A DNA stretch of 50,601 nucleotides. Origin: Thermodesulfobacteriota bacterium. Lineage in GTDB: Bacteria > DASVDK01. A program made the position numbers and the translations under genes. Positions 10,111 to 18,443 of the stretch are shown here, piece by piece; within the stretch, counting starts at the first letter, position 1; the number at the start of each line of letters is the position of its first letter. The stretch covers positions 1 to 50,601 of the forward strand of contig DASVDK010000141.1 of the NCBI GenBank assembly GCA_036381125.1. The letters are read 5' to 3'. The notes beneath the pieces were generated by a model. It was not told the origin of the DNA and searched no databases. It worked only from the letters and a program-made list of their open reading frames with translations.

Positions 10111-11238
10111 CTAGCGGTCGGCGAGGAATTCTGCCACCGCCTTCACCCCGGCGTCCGTGTGGTCGGTGAAGAAGCCGTCGATGCCGGCCTCGAGGAAGGC
10201 GCGGATCTCGGTCTCGATGTCGCCGCGCGCGTTCGGGTCGGCGGAGCTTCGGAGGTTGGTCGGCAGGAACGTGTTCTCCGCGCGGAAGGTGTACGGGTGC
10301 ACCACGAGGCCGGCGGCGTGCGCGTTCCGGACGAAGTCGGTGGCGTTGGCCGGGTCGAGGACGCCCCCGACGCGCGGGATGACGCAGGACTTCTCGGGGC
10401 CGACGCCGCCGGCGTGCCGGGCGATCTCGTGCAGGCCGGCCGGGGTCGCCATCCGGCCGTAGGTGAGGGTGCCGCCCGCGGCCACGACGTCGAACGGCCG
10501 GCTGTTCGCCCCGCCGAAGAGCTGCACGAGCGGGATCCTCGTCATGCGGCCCAGCTCCTCGAGGTTCGAGATCTCGAAGGACTGGATGAAGACCCGGTCG
10601 CGCTTCCCCTCGTACCCGTTCTTCTCGAGGATGCGCACCAGCGGCTCCTCCATCGAGAGCCCCAGGCTGTCGAAGTAGGTCGGGTGCTTGGTCTCGGGAT
10701 AGATGCCGATCTTCCGGCCGGTCGCCTTCTCGAGCGCCTTGACCAGGTCGATCACCTCCTGGAGCGTCGGGATCTCGAACTGGCCGTCGAGGCGCGCGTT
10801 GCCCGGGCGCGTCCGGGGGATCCGCTCCCTGGCCCTGAGCGTCTTGATCTCGGCGAGCGTGAAGTCCTCGCTCCACCAGGCGGTGATGGTGTTGCCGTCC
10901 AGGACCTTGGTCGCCCGCCGGTCGGCGAACTCGGGGTGGTCGGCGACGTCGGTGGTCTCGTCGAGGACGTTCTCGTGGCGCGCGATCAGGTGGCCGTCCT
11001 TCGTCATGACGAGGTCGGGCTCGACGAAGTCGGCCCCCTGGAGGACGGCGAGGGCGTACGCGGCCAGGGTGTGCTCCGGGACGTAACCGCTCGCGCCCCG
11101 GTGGCCGATGACGATCGGCGCGCGGTCGCGCGGCCCGTGGTGGCGGTGGTGCCGGCCGGCAGACGCATCGCGGGCCAGGCCGGACTGGGCGAGCAGCGCC
11201 CCGCCCGCCGCGAGGAACAACGCCATGGCACGCATCAT
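10111..11238 (-). CDS. glpQ: Glycerophosphodiester phosphodiesterase with signal peptide
   Basis: IGHRGASGYVPEHTL, EPDLVMTKDG, ARHEN, YPETKHP, IQSFE, HPYTFR, DGFFTD. Confidence 0.9.
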   Translation of the reverse strand: MMRAMALFLAAGGALLAQSGLARDASAGRHHRHHGPRDRAPIVIGHRGASGYVPEHTLAAYALAVLQGADFVEPDLVMTKDGHLIARHENVLDETTDVADHPEFADRRATKVLDGNTITAWWSEDFTLAEIKTLRARERIPRTRPGNARLDGQFEIPTLQEVIDLVKALEKATGRKIGIYPETKHPTYFDSLGLSMEEPLVRILEKNGYEGKRDRVFIQSFEISNLEELGRMTRIPLVQLFGGANSRPFDVVAAGGTLTYGRMATPAGLHEIARHAGGVGPEKSCVIPRVGGVLDPANATDFVRNAHAAGLVVHPYTFRAENTFLPTNLRSSADPNARGDIETEIRAFLEAGIDGFFTDHTDAGVKAVAEFLADR

Positions 11239-11335
11239 GTCGGGCTCCTGTCGTGAAGGTCGATTCACGGTACGCGGTACCGGTGACGGAGACGACAACG
11301 GAGTCTGAAGAGATCATGACACGGCGGGCGCTATC

Positions 11336-11986
11336 ATGAGGACCATGCAGCCTCTCGACGCCATCCGGGAGCCGGGCATCGTCGCGATCGTGCGCCACGT
11401 CCCCGCGGACCGCATCGGGCCGCTCGCGCGGGCCCTGCAGGCGGGCGGCGTTCGTGCCATCGAGGTCACGCTCAACACCGAGGGGGCCATCGAGGCCATC
11501 GGCCGCCTCGCCGCGGAGCGTCCGGGCGACGTGGCGATCGGGGCCGGGACCGTGATGACGGCCGCGGAGGTGAACTCGGCCGTCGACGCCGGCGCCGCCT
11601 TCATCGTCTGCCCGCACACCGACGACGAGGTCATCGGCGCGGCCCGCGAGCGCCGCGTGCCGGTGATCCCGGGCGCCTACACGCCGAGCGAGATCGTCCG
11701 CGCCTGGCGCGTCGGCGCAGCCATGGTGAAGCTCTTCCCCGCCTCGAACGGCGGCCCGAGGTACCTGCGCGAGGTCCGGGCGCCGCTCGCCGACATCCCG
11801 ATCGTCCCGACCGGCGGGGTCGGCCTCGACACCGCCGCCGACTTCGTGCGGGCCGGGGCGGTGGCGATCGGCGTCGGCTCGTCGCTCACGCCGAGGGACC
11901 GTATCGCCGCGGGCGACTGGCAGGCCATCACCGACCTCGCCGCCCGCTTCGTCGCCGCGGTGCGCGAGGGGCGGGCTGGCTCGTAG
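11336..11986 (+). CDS. eda: KDPG/KHG aldolase
   Basis: IEVTL, GAGTV, TPSEI, VKLFPA, PTGGV motifs. Confidence 0.92.
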   Translation: MRTMQPLDAIREPGIVAIVRHVPADRIGPLARALQAGGVRAIEVTLNTEGAIEAIGRLAAERPGDVAIGAGTVMTAAEVNSAVDAGAAFIVCPHTDDEVIGAARERRVPVIPGAYTPSEIVRAWRVGAAMVKLFPASNGGPRYLREVRAPLADIPIVPTGGVGLDTAADFVRAGAVAIGVGSSLTPRDRIAAGDWQAITDLAARFVAAVREGRAGS

Positions 11987-12079
11987 CGCGCCCGGGCAGG
12001 GCGTCACCTGCGGCTTCATCGTCCCGGCGGGCACACGCCGTCGGCGCCGACGCTCCGCTCCGCGCAGGTCGTGGCGCAG

Positions 12080-12331
12080 ACCCCGCCTGACCGACGACGC
12101 GCCCGATCGCGTCCTCGCGCAGGCGGGTGAAGCGGTCCGGGCCGTCGAGCATCGGGTAGTGGCTCACGCCAGGCATCACGATGAGGTCGAACCGTGGCGC
12201 GTACCGGCGGGCCGCTCCGAGATCGGCCGGAAAGCGGTCGCCGTTGACGGCGACGACTCGCCATGGCCCGCAAGGTCCACGGCCCACCCGTGGAGGAGGA
12301 CGACGTCCGGCTCTCCGGCCCCCGCGACTAC
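12080..12331 (-). pseudogene. Internally deleted alpha/beta-hydrolase remnant
   Basis: GEPDVVLLHGW abuts AVDLAGHGES, then a frame change to the C-terminal MPGVSHYPMLDGPDRF; the nucleophile region is missing. Confidence 0.65.
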
Positions 12332-12471
12332 TCTTCGACCAGCATGAGCCCCAGGAGACCGGCGAGGACCGCCGCCAGCCCGAGCAGGCGCTCCGGGGAG
12401 ACGCCCCGGACGACGATGTCGAGCATCGCGGTCGCGCCCACCAGCATCCCCAACCTCGCCATGCGCGCCAC
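12328..12471 (-). CDS. Small hydrophobic (two-TM) hypothetical protein, about 47 aa
   Basis: GTG 12471 preceded by GGAGGGG; two hydrophobic segments; sigma54-type motif upstream. Confidence 0.5.
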   Translation of the reverse strand: MARMARLGMLVGATAMLDIVVRGVSPERLLGLAAVLAGLLGLMLVEE

Positions 12472-12516
12472 GCTCGCCCCTCCGTCCATCGCCGCGGTAT
12501 CGTCGCCGTACGGGGG

Positions 12517-12532
12517 AGCAGGGTTCATGCCA
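12517..12532 (-). promoter_or_regulatory. Putative sigma54 -24/-12 promoter
   Basis: TGGCATGAACCCTGCT (GG-N10-GC) about 45 bp upstream of the small membrane ORF. Confidence 0.5.
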
Positions 12533-13001
12533 GCGCGCAAACGCGCACCAGGCACGTGCGGCGCGCGGCGCGGGCCTCGCCGCGCGATTCAGGTCGAAAC
12601 GTCGATCGTTCAGGATGGAGCGGAGAGATGCGCATGGGCATCGAGATCTGCGGCTCTGAGATTCATCTGCGGCCAGCGCCGTCCCAAGCATTCGCGCCTC
12701 GCGGCCACGTCCTTGACATTCCACGCGCGCTCCTCCGCAAACGTGTAGCATCTCCCAGGATCCCTGGATACGCGTCGGACACCGAGGAAAGTCTGCGGTG
12801 ACGCCATGCCCCTGGCGGCTCCCCCGCGTTGCCGCGAGTCTTGCCCACCCCGTACACCTCGGCGCGATGGCGGGGCTCCGCTTGTCGACCGCGGACGTGC
12901 GGGCCCGCGCCAGGCGCCTTCCCGCTAGCGGCTCCTTTCGGCCGACCTGCGCTCTCGCGGGCCGGAGCGCTAGCTAGTCTGCTAGCCCACCCACGTTGCC
13001 C

Positions 13002-13037
13002 TTGACAGGGGCGGAAATTCCGTCCAATATTATTGGC
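13002..13037 (+). promoter_or_regulatory. Sigma70-type promoter overlapped by two palindromes; probably leaderless transcript
   Basis: TTGACA (13002-13007), 17 bp, CAATAT (13025-13030); palindromes CGGAA-A-TTCCG (13012-13022) and CCAATA-T-TATTGG (13024-13036); ATG at 13038 without RBS. Confidence 0.65.
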
Positions 13038-13679
13038 ATGAAAACGCCGCGGATCCCGACGGCCGAGGACGTTCTCCCGACAATAGACCCACTCCTCCGC
13101 GCAATCTATGCCGCGCTAGAGGCGGGAACGCAGTCGGCGCGAGACTTCTTCGATTCTTTGGGGCAGCCGATTGATCCGTCCCTGGCACCAGCGTTAGTCC
13201 GCTATCACGCCAAGCTGTATCTCGATTCGGCAGGCCATCAGGTATCGGTCGTCGAGTTTGAGCGCGAGCCACTAGCGAACAACGGCTTGTGCCTGCATAC
13301 GCCGGCGCACTCGATCCGTATCCTGAAGGCAGCCCTCAACGGGCGACCTCCGGTGCCTGGCCCCTCGAGGGCCAGAATAGCATTCTACAATCAGCAGCCA
13401 TATCTCTTCCCATTCATGGAAGAGGAGCTAGCCCGAGCTCCGCTGAACCTTCTCGTGCTCTGGGACGTGACCCCGGCGTACGCTCTTAGGAGCCTTTCCC
13501 TCGTTTGTCCGAAGTCCGGGGACACCACGCGCGAATCGGTCGACTGGCATTGGCGCGTGGCGCTGGATCATCCCGCACTGGCTGTCCCGGTGTCCGACGC
13601 GGGAACGAGCCCCGACGACGACCTCGACATGCGCCTTGACGTACCCCAGGACGACGCGGGCAGCGAGCCGGGTGCATGA
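13038..13679 (+). CDS. Hypothetical protein, candidate toxin partner of the XRE-IrrE protein
   Basis: 213-aa ORF whose stop overlaps the next start (ATGA); function inferred from context only. Confidence 0.7.
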   Translation: MKTPRIPTAEDVLPTIDPLLRAIYAALEAGTQSARDFFDSLGQPIDPSLAPALVRYHAKLYLDSAGHQVSVVEFEREPLANNGLCLHTPAHSIRILKAALNGRPPVPGPSRARIAFYNQQPYLFPFMEEELARAPLNLLVLWDVTPAYALRSLSLVCPKSGDTTRESVDWHWRVALDHPALAVPVSDAGTSPDDDLDMRLDVPQDDAGSEPGA

Positions 13680-14794
13680 TCAACGGCAATCGAGTTCGGC
13701 TCGCTCGCGAGCTGCGTGGACTAACGCAGACGGAGCTCGGACGTCGGGTAGGTCTTGCCCAACCGTCGATTGCTCAGGTCGAGGCGGGGCTCTTCGAGCC
13801 TTCTGACAGGGTACTCAAGCTGATTGCGCTTCAGACGGGATTCCCTCCGGCGTTCTTCCGTCGCACAGAGGACGCGGAGTTCCCAATGGGCTCTCTCTTG
13901 TTTCGCTCCCATGTAAGCGCATCGGCACGACTTCGGACTCAGGCGTATCAGCACGCAAGGATCATCTACCAAGTCATCATCGGCCTAGCCAGGCGCGTTC
14001 CGCTTCTTCCTATCGGGCTTCCCCGATTGAGTGAGGAACCTGGGGCTGCCGCGGCGATTGCCCGTAGCGCGCTTGGATTCTCACCAGAAACGCCGATCAA
14101 GAACCTTATCCGAGCACTCGAGCGAGCGGGCGTGCTCGTCATCGCATTGCCGACGGAAATAGAGGACGGCATTGACGCGTTCTCAGCCTGGGTGGGCGAC
14201 GATACGAAGCGCCCGGTGATCGGCGTTGTTCCGGATCGCCCGGGCGATCGGCTGAGGCTCAGTGTGGCGCACGAGGTTGGCCACCTCGTCTTGCACAGCA
14301 CGCCGCGTCCTCCTGGCAAGGAGCTTGAGGCTGAGGCGTTCGGCTTCGGAGCCGAGCTCCTCATGCCTGAAGCAGCTATGCGCGCCGAACTTGTTCCGCC
14401 GCTAACGCTGACCCACCTCTCGATGCTCAAGGCGCGGTGGGGAGTTGCTATCGCGGCGTTGATTCGTCGTGCACGGGATCTCGCCATCATCTCGCCTCGG
14501 CAGTACAGCTATCTCTTCGAGCAACTTGGCGCCAAAGGGTGGCGTACAAGGGAACCGGTACCGATCCCGGTGGAGAAGCCTCGCGCGCTCCGGAAGATGG
14601 CTGAGCTGGTCTACGGTTTGCCGATTGACTACCGGCGTATGGCTAACGACTTCGACCTGCCAGTTGGGATGGTCAGAGATATACTTGAAAATTACGCTGA
14701 TCGCGGAAACGGCCTGGAGCGGGCCACTCGCGGATCTCGTCCAAAGGTCCTTCCGCTTCGTTCATCTGAAGGAGATCGGACGGGGCGCGATTAG
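13676..14794 (+). CDS. XRE helix-turn-helix plus ImmA/IrrE-family Zn metallopeptidase
   Basis: ARELRGLTQTELGRRVG HTH; IDAFS; RLRLSVAHEVGHLVLH (HExxH); EAEAFGFGAELLMP. Confidence 0.93.
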   Translation: MINGNRVRLARELRGLTQTELGRRVGLAQPSIAQVEAGLFEPSDRVLKLIALQTGFPPAFFRRTEDAEFPMGSLLFRSHVSASARLRTQAYQHARIIYQVIIGLARRVPLLPIGLPRLSEEPGAAAAIARSALGFSPETPIKNLIRALERAGVLVIALPTEIEDGIDAFSAWVGDDTKRPVIGVVPDRPGDRLRLSVAHEVGHLVLHSTPRPPGKELEAEAFGFGAELLMPEAAMRAELVPPLTLTHLSMLKARWGVAIAALIRRARDLAIISPRQYSYLFEQLGAKGWRTREPVPIPVEKPRALRKMAELVYGLPIDYRRMANDFDLPVGMVRDILENYADRGNGLERATRGSRPKVLPLRSSEGDRTGRD

Positions 14795-14860
14795 TTCAAG
14801 TGGTGCAGGCAGCCTCACCTTCGCCAAGGACGCCGGGCGAGTGCCCGATGTGGGAGCCAT

Positions 14861-14934
14861 TGGCTGCGAGCGGAGGACTCGAACCTCCACTTCTGGGGTC
14901 AAAGCCCAGCGGCCTCCCGTTAGCCGAGCCCGCA
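14861..14934 (-). tRNA. tRNA-Gln (anticodon TTG), CCA encoded
   Basis: Cloverleaf read by eye: acceptor TGCGGGC/GCTCGCA, D-arm GGC/GCC, anticodon arm CTGGG-CTTTGAC-CCCAG, T-arm GGAGG-TTCGAGT-CCTCC, G73, CCA; U1-A72 as in bacterial tRNA-Gln. Confidence 0.9.
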
Positions 14935-15128
14935 ATGAAAGCGCCGCCACTTGGAACCTGGAAGGGCTCCTCGACCTTCTGGTCCGTCACCCCGGCAGTC
15001 GTCCCGCGCCCTGGGATCGCGGCGTTGACACGACCGCGCTGTTCTCGCTGCGCGGCAAGGATCCACGTATTCACGTTACGTCGCGCGGCCATGAGGACTG
15101 TACTGCAGGATGGGGTGCGAGGCGCAGG

Positions 15129-15302
15129 CTACCGCGACTTTCGCCCGGACTGCGCAGTGTGTGTCTTCGCGGCCTCGATCACGCGCGTTCCGGCGCCGAC
15201 GCGCTTGAGTGCGTCGATATAGTCGGCTTTGATCTTGTCCATGCTTGCCGACTTAGGGGTCTGGGTCGCTGAGCCCGACTTCTTCTCATTTGGCTGCGAC
15301 AT
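15129..15302 (-). CDS. 57-aa basic hypothetical protein (absent from the ORF track)
   Basis: MSQPNEKKSGSATQTPKSASMDKIKADYIDALKRVGAGTRVIEAAKTHTAQSGRKSR; strong AAGGAGG RBS overlapping the upstream TAA. Confidence 0.65.
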   Translation of the reverse strand: MSQPNEKKSGSATQTPKSASMDKIKADYIDALKRVGAGTRVIEAAKTHTAQSGRKSR

Positions 15303-15315
15303 GCTTCCCCCCTCC

Positions 15316-16062
15316 TTACCTCGCCTGTTTACAGAGTACCGCTATTGTGCTGGCCGTTTGCGCCAAGAGGCCCCTCACATAGCCATCGCTGTTCCAGAGA
15401 GCCCCGAAGGTCTCACCGGGGGCGTCCACAGAAACGCAACCGATAAACTTGCCTTTGGCATCGAGAATCGGAACAGCTCCAACGGCACCGTAGTGCTTAA
15501 CCTTTTGGAACTCCTCATACGACAGGCCTATGCGCTCGTCAGGCGCCAACGCCCTCCACTGCTCTTTCGTACAGTATCTAAGCTTACCATGGACCTTCTC
15601 AAGGTCCAAGCCATATTCCTGTCTCCGTTCCCAGCACTTGCCGATCACCCCCTTTCCGCGTGTCCATCTTATGTGCGACGGCGTGTGTATGGCGACGCTC
15701 TCCCTCGCGATTCGGTAGAGAATCGGCTCCCATGGGCGCCGAAGCGGCCGCCGGACGAGAAAGGCGTTCACGCTCAGCTCGATCGCCACATCCCAATCTA
15801 GCTTCAGGACTCGTACGATCAGATACAGCGCTCCTTTCAGGCTCTGACGGACGTCGTTCTCAAATTGGAGCCGACGGCTCAGCCGGCGGTCGACGAAAGC
15901 CGCAGCCCAAGGCTCAACGATTCCAACGGCCAGCCCGGCTACAGCCGAGTGTACGACGTACTCGGGCATCGACACGATCGGCCATTTGATCTGATGCGCG
16001 GCGAGCGCGGCCATGGATACCGCGCCTACCGAACCGCACAACAATCGGAGCCAAGTGAACAT
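15316..16062 (-). CDS. Membrane protein with two N-terminal TM segments and a C-terminal GAF-like domain
   Basis: Two hydrophobic helices, then GKGVIGKCWE and AVPILDAKGKFIGCVSVDA GAF-type signatures; no enzymatic output domain. Confidence 0.75.
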   Translation of the reverse strand: MFTWLRLLCGSVGAVSMAALAAHQIKWPIVSMPEYVVHSAVAGLAVGIVEPWAAAFVDRRLSRRLQFENDVRQSLKGALYLIVRVLKLDWDVAIELSVNAFLVRRPLRRPWEPILYRIARESVAIHTPSHIRWTRGKGVIGKCWERRQEYGLDLEKVHGKLRYCTKEQWRALAPDERIGLSYEEFQKVKHYGAVGAVPILDAKGKFIGCVSVDAPGETFGALWNSDGYVRGLLAQTASTIAVLCKQAR

Positions 16063-16221
16063 CCGCCATGTCCCCAAGGACGATGCCGAAAGCTCTCTAG
16101 AAGCCTCGCCTTTCCGATCGGTGCCATCGGTTGGACTCTCGCACAGAGTGGGACTCGTGTCACTCGGTTTTTTGCTGAACGAGCAATGTCGGTGTGGGAA
16201 CTGCTCGACATCCCCTCGGTA

Positions 16222-16322
16222 CCCAGAGCCCTCGCCCAGCCGCCAGCGCCTTCCGCCGCGCGGCCTTGAAATGGTCCTAGTGGTGGTAGGGGAACCCGCG
16301 CGTATACTGGAAGCTGTAGTAG
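16222..16322 (-). pseudogene. Possible C-terminal remnant of a thermonuclease (SNase-like) gene at the IS21 target site
   Basis: YTRGFPYHH*DHFKAARRKALAAGRGLW resembles the SNase C-terminal helix (A..A.RGLW); in-frame TAG. Confidence 0.4.
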
Positions 16323-16384
16323 TGTCAAGCGACAGGAGAGCCTAACCCCCTTACGTCAGTAAATCTGACCCCCTCGGATCGGGC

Positions 16385-17163
16385 TCAAGTCCTCGTCGTG
16401 GTGACTCCGAAGAGCCCCGCCTTGCGCTTCTGCTTGAGTCGATAGCTGTCGCCCTGGATGAGCAGCGTATGGCTGTGGTGCAGCAGGCGGTCGAGGATCG
16501 CGGCCGCCAGCACCTCATCGCCGAAGACCTGCCCCCATTGCGGCACGAGCTGGTTAGTCGTGATGAGCAGGCTGCCCCGCTCGTAGCGTCGGGCCACGAG
16601 CTGGAAGCAGAGATGGGCGCTGCGCCGCTCGAAGGGGAGGTAGCCGAGCTCATCGATGATGAGCAGCTTGGGCTTGGCGAAGAAGGTCAACGTGTCGGCC
16701 AGCTGCCCCTCGCTCTCGGCCTTGGCCAGTCGGGCCAGCAGCGCCGTCGCAGACACGAACAGGGTCGAATGCCCGGTTTCCACCGCGGCGCGGCCGAGGG
16801 CGATGGCCAGATGGGTCTTGCCGACGCCGGGGGGCCGAAGATGAGCACGTTGTCGGCGCTCGCGATGAAGCGCCCCGTGGCCAGCTCGCGGACGAGCTTC
16901 TGGTCGATCGCCGGCTGGAAGCGGAAGTCGAACTCCTCGAGCGTCTTGACCGCGGGGAAGTGCGCGATCTGGATGCCCATGGCGACGCGCTTGCGCTGCT
17001 TGGCGGCGACCTCCTCGTCGACGACCTGGGCGAGGAAGTCGAGGTAGGCGGGCTGACTCCTCGCCGCCTCGGCCAGGAGCGCATCGAGCCGGAGGGCGAC
17101 GTGGCCCAGCCGCAGTCGCCCGAGGGCGTCGACGACCCGCGCGTGTGTCAGCTCGACACTCAT
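16385..17163 (-). pseudogene. istB: IS21 helper ATPase IstB, frameshifted in Walker A
   Basis: KTLEEFDFRFQP...NVLIFGPP in one frame, GVGKTHLA...IIDELGY...AILDRLLHH in another; one base missing in the run at 16829-16834 (could be a sequencing error). Confidence 0.88.
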
Positions 17164-18443
17164 CGCCCCGCCTCCTCGACCACGGCGGCGTAGTCGGCCA
17201 GCTGCCGGCCGAGGGCCGCCAGCGGGCTCGCCCCCGCCTCAGGGAGGGCTGGCGGCATCGGCCGCCGCCACAGCCCGGCGTAGTGGGCCGGGTCGGTGAC
17301 CCGGACATGCGGCTCGCGGGCGCGGACGTGCTCGGCCACCAGGGCCGCGCCGTGATAGATCCGCACCGTCGTCTCCCCGACGACGACCTCGACCCGGTCG
17401 CGCACCAGCCGGTGCGGCACGCTGTAGCGGACGGTGTCGACGTCGACCAGGGCGTCGGCGGCCACCCGGCGCACGAGCCGCCGCTCACGCGTCGGCAGCG
17501 GGCGGGCCGGCAGCGGGCGCAGCGCTGCCTGCTCGGCGCGCGTGAAGCGGTCGGCGGGCCGCTCGTGGGTCGTGCCGTGGAGGCGCTGATCCGCCTCGGC
17601 CATCCACCGGGCGAGGTGGGCCTCGAGGGCGGCGAGGCTGTCGAAGGTCCGGCCGGCCAGGCCATTGTGCTTGACGTAGCCGATGCCCGACTCGATCTTG
17701 CCCTTGGTGCGCGCCCGGTACGGGGCACAGGCGCGGGGCTCGACGTCCCAGTCGCGGCAGAAGGCGAGGAAGCTGGGATGGAAGCGGACGGCGCCCGTCA
17801 CACGGTCGCGCTCGAGGACCAGCGGGCGGGCGTTATCGACCAGGAGCGTCCGGGGCACCCCGCCGAAGTGCCGGAAGGCGGCGGCGATCCCCTCGCGCCA
17901 GTCGTCCTGGCGCTCAGCCAGGAAGCGGCGGACGAAGAGCCGGCGTGAGTAGCCGAGCACCGTGACGAGCAGATAGACGCGCACGCGCTGGCCGGCGATC
18001 AGGACGCCCTGCTCCCCGAAGTCGACCTGCAGCTGGGCGCCGGGGGCGGTCTCGAAGCGCACCGTGGCGAGCGCGGCCGCCCGCTGCTGCCGACGCCGCT
18101 CGGCCACGGCCCGCTGCACCGTCCGGACACTCACCCACACGCCCTGGTCCGCCAACAGCCGCGTCACGACCACCGCATTGCCGGCGGCCGTCGTCTCGAA
18201 GAGGCGGACGGCCTCGGCCTGGGCGGCGGGATCGAGGCGCCGGCGTCCGGGCCGGGTCTGCACCTGGGCCGCCGGCCCGCCCCGGAGATAGCGCCGGACT
18301 GTATTACGCGCGACGCCGAGCGCCCGGGCGATCCGCTTGGCGCCCCAGCCCCGCTCGGCCAGGATCCGCACCTGGCGCACCACCTCCGGCTCGATCATCG
18401 GCACCTCCGGCAGAGGTGCCACCGTACCCCCTCGCGTCTCCAT
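17160..18443 (-). CDS. istA: IS21 transposase IstA
   Basis: N-terminal HTH, RFETAPGAQLQVDFG, LLVDN, RARTKGKIE, RLHGTT; GGAGGAGG RBS. Confidence 0.95.
   Translation of the reverse strand: METRGGTVAPLPEVPMIEPEVVRQVRILAERGWGAKRIARALGVARNTVRRYLRGGPAAQVQTRPGRRRLDPAAQAEAVRLFETTAAGNAVVVTRLLADQGVWVSVRTVQRAVAERRRQQRAAALATVRFETAPGAQLQVDFGEQGVLIAGQRVRVYLLVTVLGYSRRLFVRRFLAERQDDWREGIAAAFRHFGGVPRTLLVDNARPLVLERDRVTGAVRFHPSFLAFCRDWDVEPRACAPYRARTKGKIESGIGYVKHNGLAGRTFDSLAALEAHLARWMAEADQRLHGTTHERPADRFTRAEQAALRPLPARPLPTRERRLVRRVAADALVDVDTVRYSVPHRLVRDRVEVVVGETTVRIYHGAALVAEHVRAREPHVRVTDPAHYAGLWRRPMPPALPEAGASPLAALGRQLADYAAVVEEAGR

Noticed and set aside
12713-12751. TTGACA near the left edge of the island as a promoter
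   Set aside because: No -10 element at normal spacing and no convincing gene or RNA immediately downstream.
12784-12793. GAGGAAAGTC, resembling the 5' conserved motif of RNase P RNA
   Set aside because: Not followed by the expected CGGGC-like segment, and no ACAGAA..CGGCTTA-type 3' motif is seen downstream.
15291-15299. TGGCTGCGA match to the tRNA 3' end as a possible att site
   Set aside because: Only 9 bp, on the wrong side of the tRNA, inside the small ORF, and no integrase is present.
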